From contig OZ059900.1 in NCBI GenBank assembly GCA_964057225.1, positions 22,692,001 through 22,756,000 of the forward strand: a stretch of 64,000 bases of DNA. The letters are read 5' to 3'. Both the position numbers and the translations under genes were made by a program. A model generated the notes under the pieces. It did no database searches. It was not told where the DNA came from and saw nothing but the letters and a program-made list of their open reading frames with translations. Origin of the DNA: Auanema rhodensis (taxonomy: Eukaryota > Animalia > Nematoda). Of the stretch, positions 43,001 to 54,000 are shown piece by piece. Within the stretch, counting starts at the first letter, position 1; each line of letters begins with the position of its first letter.

Positions 43001-44796
43001 CGGACTGTTTGTGCAATAGATGATAGCAATCATAGTTTCGTTTCTTTTTTCAATTAACTTTCCAGTACGCGAGTTATTATATTTAGAACGTGATTCCTTC
43101 ATAATGAAAAATTTTTAGAGCCTGCACTGATAATATAACTGGAAACAGGCAATACTAAAACATTTGAATGACAGCTTTATTACAATACGACTTAGTTTAC
43201 TCAATCATATCAAGCTTCATGAACACGGACTGTTTGTGCAATAGATGATAGCAATCATAGTTTCGTTTCTTTTTTTAATTAACTTTCCAGTACGCGAGTT
43301 ATAATATTTAGAACACGATTGCTTCATAATGAAAAACTTTCAGAGCCTGCACTGATAATATAATTGGAAACAGGCAGTACGCAATACGCAAACATTTGAA
43401 TGACAGCTTTATTACAATACGACTTAGCTTACTCAATCATATCAAGCTTCATGAACAGGGACTGTTTGTGTAATAGATGATAGCAATGATAGTTTCGTTT
43501 CTTTTTTTAATTAACTTTCCAGTACGCGAGTTATCATATTTAGAACGCGATTGCTTCATAATGAAAAATGTTTAGAGCCTGCACTGATAATATAACTGGC
43601 AACAGGCAATACGCAAACATTTGAATGACAGCTTTATTACAATAGGACTTAGTTTACTCAATCATACCAATCTTCATGAACACGGACTGTTTGTGTAATA
43701 GATAATAGCAATAATAGTTTCGTTTCTTTTTTCAATTAACTTTCCAGTACGCGAGTTATTATATTTAGAACGTGATTCCTTCATAATGAAAAATTTTTAG
43801 AGCCTGCACTGATAATATAACTGGAAACAGGCAGTACGCGATACGCAAATATTTGAATGACAGCTTTAATACAATACGACTTAGCTTACTCAATCATATC
43901 AAGCTTCATGAACAGGGACTGCTTGTGTAATAAATGATAGCAATGATAGTTTCGTTTCTTTTTTTAATTAACTTTCCAGTACGCGAGTTATCATATTTAG
44001 AACCCGATTGCTTCATAATGAAAAATGTTTAGAGCCTGCACTGATAATATAACTGGCAACAGGCAATACGGAAACATTTGAATGACAGCTTTATTACAAT
44101 ACGACTTAGTTTACTCAATCATATCAAGCTTCATGAACACGGACTGTTTGTGCAATAGATGATAGCAATGATAGTTTCGTTTCTTTTTTTAACTAACTTT
44201 CCAGTACGCGAGTTATAATATTTAGAACGCGATTCCTTGATAATGAAAAACTTTCAGAGCCTGCACTGATAATATAACTGGAAACAGGCAATACTAAAAC
44301 ATTTGAATGACAGCTTTATTACAATAGGACTTAGTTTACTCAATCATACCAATCTTCATGAACACGGACTGTTTGTGTAATAGATGATAGCAATGATAAT
44401 TTCGTTTCTTTTTTCAATTAACTTTCCAGTACGCGAGTTATTATATTTAGAACGTGATTCCTTCATAATGAAAAATTTTTAGAGCCTGCACTGATAATAT
44501 AACTGGCAACAGGCAATACGCAAACATTTGAATGACAGCTTTATTACAATACGACTTAGTTTACTCAATCATACCAATCTTCATGAACACGGACTGTTTG
44601 TGTAATAGATGATAGCAATGATAATTTCGTTTCTTTTTTCAATTAACTTTCCAGTACGCGAGTTATTATATTTAGAACGTGATTCCTTCATAATGAAAAA
44701 TTTTTAGAGCCTGCACTGATAATATAACTGGAAACAGGCAATACGCAAACATTTGAATGACAGCTTTATTACAATACGACTTAGTTTACTCAATCA

Positions 44797-44851
44797 TCAA
44801 ATGCAACGAATTTCAGCGTGTTACATACTAAAATGAAGCATTTTACATGCT
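44797..44851 (+). repeat. 55-bp forward fragment of satellite B fused directly to satellite A
   Basis: TCAAATGCAACGAATTTCAGCGTGTTACATACTAAAATGAAGCATTTTACATGCT is identical to the B monomer sequence starting at 45396. Confidence 0.96.
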
Positions 44852-44853
44852 CA

Positions 44854-45074
44854 CTTCATTTTAGTATGTAACACGCTGTAATTCGTTGCATTTGACGACT
44901 CATATGAACAAAAATCGATTTAATCAATATTAGCCATAAGGGGCGTGCCCTCAGAATATGCTAATTTCCTTAATTTTCTAACCCCTGTTTTTTTGTCGTG
45001 AAAGTGGAACTAGACGTTGTACAAACAATTTTGAGCTAGGTTTCATTGACATTGCATGAGTTTGAACACATGAA
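44854..45074 (-). repeat. 221-bp inverted partial monomer of satellite B
   Basis: CTTCATTTTAGTATGTAACACGCTG...GAGTTTGAACACATGAA is the reverse complement of B sequence 45217-45437 with a few substitutions. It is the only orientation switch I saw in the window. Confidence 0.97.
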
Positions 45075-48000
45075 GTGTTACATACTAAAATGAAGCATTT
45101 TACATGCTGAACACTAGAAAAAAACAAAAACACAGTATTTTTTATGAGAAATATTTTATTATGCTGGAAAACCAGTTTTTGGAAATTTCGCTGTAAACAA
45201 GGTTTTGACTTACGATTTCATGTGTTCAAACTCATGCAATGTCATGGAAACCTAGCTCAAAATTGTTCGTACAACGTCTAGTTCCACTTTCACGACAAAA
45301 AAACAGGGGTTAGAAAATTAAGGAAATTAGCATATTCTGAGGGCACGCCCCTTATGGCTAATATTGATTAAATCGATTTTTGTTCATATGAGTCGTCAAA
45401 TGCAACGAATTTCAGCGTGTTACATACTAAAATGAAGCATTTTACATGCTGAACACTAGAAAAATACAAAAACACAGTATTTCTCATGAGAAATATTTTA
45501 TTATGCTGGAAAACCAGTTTTTGGAAATTTCGCTGTAAACAAGGTTTTGACTTACGATTTCATGTGTTCAAACTCATGCAATGTCAGTAAAACCTAGCTC
45601 AAAATTGTTCGTACAACGTCTAGTTCCACTTTCACGACAAAAAAACAGGGGTTAGAAAATTAAGGAAATTAGCATATTCTGAGGGCACGCCCCTTATGGC
45701 TAATATTGATTAAATCGATTTTTGTTCATATGAGTCGTCAAATGCAACGAATTTCAGCGTGTTACATACTAAAATGAAGCATTTTACATGCTGAACACTA
45801 GAAAATTACAAAAACACAGTATTTCCCATGAGAAATATTTTATTATGCTGGAAAACCAGTTTTTGGAAATTTCGCTGTAAACAAGGTTTTGACTTACGAT
45901 TTCATGTGTTCAAACTCATGCAATGTCAATGAAACCTAGCTCAAAATTGTTCGTACAACGTCTAGTTCCACTTTCACGACAAAAAAACAGGGGTTAGAAA
46001 ATTAAGGAAATTAGCATATTCTGAGGGCACGCCCCTTATGGCTAATATTGATTAAATCGATTTTTGTTCATATGAGTCGTCAAATGCAACGAATTTCAGC
46101 GTGTTACATACTAAAATGAAGCATTTTACATGCTGAACACTAGAAAAATACAAAAACACAGTATTTCCCATGAGAAATATTTTATTATGCTGGAAAACCA
46201 GTTTTTGGAAATTTCGCTGTAAACAAGGTTTTGACTTACGATTTCATGTGTTCAAACTCATGCAATGTCAATGAAACCTAGCTCAAAATTGTTCGTACAA
46301 CGTCTAGTTCCACTTTCACGACAAAAAAACAGGGGTTAGAAAATTAAGGAAATTAGCATATTCTGAGGGCACGCCCCTTATGGCTAATATTGATTAAATC
46401 GATTTTTGTTCATATGAGTCGTCAAATGCAACGAATTTCAGCGTGTTACATACTAAAATGAAGCATTTTACATGCTGAACACTAGAAAATTACAAAAACA
46501 CAGTATTTCCCATGAGAAATATTTTATTATGCTGGAAAACCAGTTTTTGGAAATTTCGCTGTAAACAAGGTTTTGACTTACGATTTCATGTGTTCAAACT
46601 CATGCAATGTCAATGAAACCTAGCTCAAAATTGTTCGTACAACGTCTAGTTCCACTTTCACGACAAAAAAACAGGGGTTAGAAAATTAAGGAAATTAGCA
46701 TATTCTGAGGGCACGCCCCTTATGGCTAATATTGATTAAATCGATTTTTGTTCATATGAGTCGTCAAATGCAACGAATTTCAGCGCGTTACATACTAAAA
46801 TGAAGCATTTTACATGCTGAACACTAAAAAAATACAAAAACACAGTATTTCTCATGAGAAATATTTTATTATGCTGGAAAACCAGTTTTTTTAAATTTCG
46901 CTGTAAACAAGGTTTTGACTTACGATTTCATGTGTTCAAACTCATGCAATGTCAATGAAACCTAGCTCAAAATTGTTCGTACAACGTCTAGTTCCACTTT
47001 CACGACAAAAAAACAGGGGTTAGAAAATTAAGGAAATTAGCATATTCTGAGGGCACGCCCCTTATGGCTAATATTGATTAAATCGATTTTTGTTCATATG
47101 AGTCGTCAAATGCAACGAATTTCAGCGTGTTACATACTAAAATGAAGCATTTTACATGCTGAACACTAGAAAATTACAAAAACACAGTATTTCCCATGAG
47201 AAATATTTTATTATGCTGGAAAACCAGTTTTTGGAAATTTCGCTGTAAACAAGGTTTTGACTTACGATTTCATGTGTTCAAACTCATGCAATGTCAATGA
47301 AACCTAGCTCAAAATTGTTCGTACAACGTCTAGTTCCACTTTCACGACAAAAAAACAGGGGTTAGAAAATTAAGGAAATTAGCATATTCTGAGGGCACGC
47401 CCCTTATGGCTAATATTGATTAAATCGATTTTTGTTCATATGAGTCGTCAAATGCAACGAATTTCAGCGTGTTACATACTAAAATGAAGCATTTTACATG
47501 CTGAACACTAGAAAAATACAAAAACACAGTATTTCCCATGAGAAATATTTTATTATGCTGGAAAACCAGTTTTTGGAAATTTCGCTGTAAACAAGGTTTT
47601 GACTTACGATTTCATGTGTTCAAACTCATGCAATGTCAATGAAACCTAGCTCAAAATTGTTCGTACAACGTCTAGTTCCACTTTCACGACAAAAAAACAG
47701 GGGTTAGAAAATTAAGGAAATTAGCATATTCTGAGGGCACGCCCCTTATGGCTAATATTGATTAAATCGATTTTTGTTCATATGAGTCGTCAAAAGCAAC
47801 GAATTTCAGCGTGTTACATACTTAAATGAAGCATTTTACATGCTGAACACTAGAAAAATACAAAAACACAGTTTTTCTCATGAGAAATATTTTATTATGC
47901 TGGAAAACCAGTTTTTTTAAATTTCGCTGTAAACAAGGTTTTGACTTACGATTTCATGTGTTCAAACTCATGCAATGTCAATGAAACCTAGCTCGAATTG

Positions 48001-51000
48001 TTCGTACAACGTCTAGTTCCACTTTCACGACAAAAAAACAGGGGTTAGAAAATTAAGGAAATTAGCATATTCTGAGGGCACGCCCCTTATGGCTAATATT
48101 GATTAAATCGATTTTTGTTCATATGAGTCGTCAAATGCAACGAATTTCAGCGTGTTACATACTAAAATGAAGCATTTTACATGCTGAACACTAGAAAATT
48201 ACAAAAACACAGTATTTCCCCTTGAGAAATATTTTATTATGCTGGAAAACCAGTTTTTGGAAATTTCGCTGTAAACAAGGTTTTGACTTACGATTTCATG
48301 TGTTCAAACTCATGCAATGTCAATGAAACCTAGCTCAAAATTGTTCGTACAACGTCTAGTTCCACTTTCACGACAAAAAAACAGGGGTTAGAAAATTAAG
48401 GAAATTAGCATATTCTGAGGGCACGCCCCTTATGGCTAATATTGATTAAATCGATTTTTGTTCATATGAGTCGTCAAATGCAACGAATTTCAGCGTGTTA
48501 CATACTAAAATGAAGCATTTTACATGCTGAACACTAAAAAAATACAAAAACACAGTATTTCCCATGAGAAATATTTTATTATGCTGGAAAACCAGTTTTT
48601 GGAAATTTCGCTGTAAACAAGGTTTTGACTTACGATTTCACGTGTTCAAACTCATGCAATGTCAATGAAACCTAGCTCAAAATTGTTCGTACAACGTCTA
48701 GTTCCACTTTCACGACAAAAAAACAGGGGTTAGAAAATTAAGGAAATTAGCATATTCTGAGGGCACGCCCCTTATGGCTAATATTGATTAAATCGATTTT
48801 TGTTGATATGAGTCGTCAAATGCAACGAATTTCAGCGTGTTACATACTAAAATGAAGCATTTTACATGCTGAACACTAGAAAAATACAAAAACACAGTAT
48901 TTCTCATGAGAAATATTTTATTATGCTGGAAAACCAGTTTTTGGAAATTTCGCTGTAAACAAGGTTTTGACTTACGATTTCATGTGTTCAAACTCATGCA
49001 ATGTCAATGAAACCTAGCTCAAAATGGTTCGTACAACGTCTAGTTCCACTTTCACGACAAAAAAACAGGGGTTAGAAAATTAAGGAAATTAGCATATTCT
49101 GAGGGCACGCCCCTTATGGCTAATATTGATTAAATCGATTTTTGTTCATATGAGTCGTCAAATGCAACGAATTTCAGCGTGTTACATACTAAAATGAAGC
49201 ATTTTACATGCTGAACACTAAAAAAATACAAAAACACAGTATTTCCCATGAGAAATATTTTATTATGCTGGAAAACCAGTTTTTGGAAATTTCGCTGTAA
49301 ACAAGGTTTTGACTTACGATTTCACGTGTTCAAACTCATGCAATGTCAATGAAACCTAGCTCAAAATTGTTCGTACAACGTCTAGTTCCACTTTCACGAC
49401 AAAAAAACAGGGGTTAGAAAATTAAGGAAATTAGCATATTCTGAGGGCACGCCCCTTATGGCTAATATTGATTAAATCGATTTTTGTTCATATGAGTCGT
49501 CAAAAGCAACGAATTTCAGCGTGTTACATACTTAAATGAAGCATTTTACATGCTGAACACTAGAAAAATACAAAAACACAGTATTTCTCATGAGAAATAT
49601 TTTATTATGCTGGAAAACCAGTTTTTGGAAATTTCGCTGTAAACAAGGTTTTGACTTACGATTTCATGTGTTCAAACTCATGCAATGTCAATGAAACCTA
49701 GCTCAAAATTGTTTGTACAACGTCTAGTTCCACTTTCACGACAAAAAAAACAGGGGTTAGAAAATTAAGGAAATTAGCATATTCTGAGGGCACGCCCCTT
49801 ATGGCTAATATTGATTAAATCGATTTTTGTTCATATGAGTCGTCAAATGCAACGAATTTCAGCGTGTTACATACTAAAATGAAGCATTTTACATGCTGAA
49901 CACTAGAAAAATACAAAAACACAGTATTTCCCATGAGAAATATTTTATTATGCTGGAAAACCAGTTTTTGGAAATTTCGCTGTAAGCAAGGTTTTGACTT
50001 ACGATTTCATGTGTTCAAACTCATGCAATGTCAATGAAACCTAGCTCAAAATTGTTCGTACAACGTCTAGTTCCACTTTCACGACAAAAAAACTGGGGTT
50101 AGAAAATTAAGGAAATTAGCATATTCTGAGGGCACGCCCCTTATGGCTAATATTGATTAAATCGATTTTTGTTCATATGAGTCGTCAAATGCAACGAATT
50201 TCAGCGTGTTACATACTAAAATGAAGCATTTTACATGCTGAACACTAGAAAAATACAAAAACACAGTATTTCCCATGAGAAATATTTTATTATGCTGGAA
50301 AACCAGTTTTTGGAAATTTCGCTATAAACAAGGTTTTGACTTACGATTTCATGTGTTCAAACTCATGCAATGTCAATGAAACCTAGCTCAAAATTGTTCG
50401 TACAACGTCTAGTTCCACTTTCACGACAAAAAAACAGGGGTTAGAAAATTGAGGAAATTAGCATATTCTGAGGACACGCCCCTTATGGCTAATATTGATT
50501 AAATCGATTTTTGTTCATATGAGTCGTCAAATGCAACGAATTTCAGCGTGTTACATACTAAAATGAAGCATTTTACATGCTGAACACTAGAATAATACAA
50601 AAACACAGTATTTCCCATGAGAAATATTTTATTATGCTGGAAAACCAGTTTTTGGAAATTTCGCTCTAAACAAGGTTTTGACTTACGATTTCATGTGTTC
50701 AAACTCATGCAATGTCAATAAAACCTAGCTCAAAATTGTTTGTACAACGTCTAGTTCCACTTTCACGACAAAAAACAGGGGTTAGAAAATTAAGGAAATT
50801 AGCATATTCTGAGGGCACGCCCCTTATGGCTAATATTGATTAAATCGATTTTTGTTCATATGAGTCGTCAAATGCAACGAATTTCAGCGTGTTACATACT
50901 AAAATGAAGCATTTTACATGCTGAACACTAGAAAAATACAAAAACACAGTATTTCCCATGAGAAATATTTTATTATGCTGGAAAACCAGTTTTTGGAAAT

Positions 51001-54000
51001 TTCGCTGTAAACAAGGTTTTGACTTACGATTTCATGTGTTCAAACTCATGCAATGTCAATGAAACCTAGCTCAAAATTGTTCGTACAACGTCTAGTTCCA
51101 CTTTCACGACAAAAAAACAGGGGTTAGAAAATTAAGGAAATTAGCATATTCTGAGGGCACGCCCCTTATGGCTAATATTGATTAAATCGATTTTTGTTCA
51201 TATGAGTCGTCAAATGCAACGAATTTCAGCGTGTTACATACTAAAATGAAGCATTTTACATGCTGAACACTAGAAAAATACAAAAACACAGTATTTCCCA
51301 TGAGAAATATTTTATTATGCTGGAAAACCAGTTTTTGGAAATTTCGCTGTAAACAAGGTTTTGACTTACGATTTCATGTGTTCAAACTCATGCAATGTCA
51401 ATGAAACCTAGCTCAAAATTGTTCGTACAACGTCTAGTTCCACTTTCACGACAAAAAAACAGGGGTTAGAAAATTAAGGAAATTAGCATATTCTGAGGGC
51501 ACGCCCCTTATGGCTAATATTGATTAAATCGATTTTTGTTCATATGAGTCGTCAAATGCAACGAATTTCAGCGTGTTACATACTAAAATGAAGCATTTTA
51601 CATGCTGAACACTAGAAAATTACAAAAACACAGTATTTCCCATGAGAAATATTTTATTATGCTGGAAAACCAGTTTTTGGAAATTTCGCTGTAAACAAGG
51701 TTTTGACTTACGATTTCATGTGTTCAAACTCATGCAATGTCAATGAAACCTAGCTCAAAATTGTTCGTACAACGTCTAGTTCCACTTTCACGACAAAAAA
51801 ACAGGGGTTAGAAAATTAAGGAAATTAGCATATTCTGAGGGCACGCCCCTTATGGCTAATATTGATTAAATCGATTTTTGTTCATATGAGTCGTCAAATG
51901 CAACGAATTTCAGCGTGTTACATACTAAAATGAAGCATTTTACATGCTGAACACTAGAAAAATACAAAAACACAGTATTTCCCATGAGAAATATTTTATT
52001 ATGCTGGAAAACCAGTTTTTGGAAATTTCGCTGTAAACAAGGTTTTGACTTACGATTTCATGTGTTCAAACTCATGCAATGTCAATGAAACCTAGCTCAA
52101 AATTGTTCGTACAACGTCTAGTTCCACTTTCACGACAAAAAAACAGGGGTTAGAAAATTAAGGAAATTAGCATATTCTGAGGGCACGCCCCTTATGGCTA
52201 ATATTGATTAAATCGATTTTTGTTCATATGAGTCGTCAAATGCAACGAATTTCAGCGTGTTACATACTAAAATGAAGCATTTTACATGCTGAACACTAGA
52301 AAAATACAAAAACACAGTATTTCCCATGAGAAATATTTTATTATGCTGGAAAACCAGTTTTTGGAAATTTCGCTGTAAACAAGGTTTTGACTTACGATTT
52401 CATGTGTTCAAACTCATGCAATGTCAATGAAACCTAGCTCAAAATTGTTCGTACAACGTCTAGTTCCACTTTCACGACAAAAAAACAGGGGTTAGAAAAT
52501 TAAGGAAATTAGCATATTCTGAGGGCACGCCCCTTATGGCTAATATTGATTAAATCGATTTTTGTTCATATGAGTCGTCAAATGCAACGAATTTCAGCGT
52601 GTTACATACTAAAATGAAGCATTTTACATGCTGAACACTAGAAAATTACAAAAACACAGTATTTCCCATGAGAAATATTTTATTATGCTGGAAAACCAGT
52701 TTTTGGAAATTTCGCTGTAAACAAGGTTTTGACTTACGATTTCATGTGTTCAAACTCATGCAATGTCAATGAAACCTAGCTCAAAATTGTTCGTACAACG
52801 TCTAGTTCCACTTTCACGACAAAAAAACAGGGGTTAGAAAATTAAGGAAATTAGCATATTCTGAGGGCACGCCCCTTATGGCTAATATTGATTAAATCGA
52901 TTTTTGTTCATATGAGTCGTCAAATGCAACGAATTTCAGCGCGTTACATACTAAAATGAAGCATTTTACATGCTGAACACTAAAAAAATACAAAAACACA
53001 GTATTTCCCATGAGAAATATTTTATTATGCTGGAAAACCAGTTTTTGGAAATTTCGCTGTAAACAAGGTTTTGACTTACGATTTCACGTGTTCAAACTCA
53101 TGCAATGTCAATGAAACCTAGCTCAAAATTGTTCGTACAACGTCTAGTTCCACTTTCACGACAAAAAAACAGGGGTTAGAAAATTAAGGAAATTAGCATA
53201 TTCTGAGGGCACGCCCCTTATGGCTAATATTGATTAAATCGATTTTTGTTCATATGAGTCGTCAAATGCAACGAATTTCAGCGTGTTACATACTAAAATG
53301 AAGCATTTTACATGCTGAACACTAGAAAATTACAAAAACACAGTATTTCCCATGAGAAATATTTTATTATGCTGGAAAACCAGTTTTTGGAAATTTCGCT
53401 GTAAACAAGGTTTTGACTTACGATTTCATGTGTTCAAACTCATGCAATGTCAATGAAACCTAGCTCAAAATTGTTCGTACAACGTCTAGTTCCACTTTCA
53501 CGACAAAAAAACAGGGGTTAGAAAATTAAGGAAATTAGCATATTCTGAGGGCACGCCCCTTATGGCTAATATTGATTAAATCGATTTTTGTTCATATGAG
53601 TCGTCAAATGCAACGAATTTCAGCGTGTTACATACTAAAATGAAGCATTTTACATGCTGAACACTAGAATAATACAAAAACACAGTATTTCCCATGAGAA
53701 ATATTTTATTATGCTGGAAAACCAGTTTTTGGAAATTTCGCTGTAAACAAGGTTTTGACTTACGATTTCATGTGTTCAAACTCATGCAATGTCAATGAAA
53801 CCTAGCTCAAAATTGTTCGTACAACGTCTAGTTCCACTTTCACGACAAAAAAACAGGGGTTAGAAAATTAAGGAAATTAGCATATTCTGAGGGCACGCCC
53901 CTTATGGCTAATATTGATTAAATCGATTTTTGTTCATATGAGTCGTCAAATGCAACGAATTTCAGCGTGTTACATACTAAAATGAAGCATTTTACATGCT

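Larger units (their letters stand above)
1..44797 (+). repeat. Satellite A: tandem array of 232/225-bp monomers (about 200 copies, open at the left window edge)
   Basis: The anchor AGAGCCTGCACTGATAAT recurs at 16, 241, 473, 705, 937, 1169, 1401, 1626 and onward, with spacings of 225 or 232 bp (rarely 231 or 224). All copies are in one orientation. The first monomer (16-240) is about 32% GC by hand count. The last monomer is cut at ...TTTACTCAATCAT (44797). Confidence 0.99.

Noticed and set aside
12286-44833. Short words shared by A and B (ATACTAAAA, TGAACAC, CTGGAAA, GACTTA) suggesting common ancestry
   Set aside because: They are 6-9 bp AT-rich matches that are not collinear and are expected by chance. 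A formal alignment against shuffled controls would be needed.
44818-45108. MITE or transposon insertion with a 34-bp target-site duplication
   Set aside because: The insert is purely inverted satellite B, and the 8-bp inverted ends overlap the direct repeat. Template switching explains it more simply.
45186-45202. CENP-B-box-like motif TTTCGCTGTAAACAAGG in each B monomer (7 of 9 core bases; 8 of 9 in the variant at 58868)
   Set aside because: A rough estimate gives about a one-in-three chance of a 7/9 match somewhere in a 342-bp monomer, and the essential CGGG is missing.
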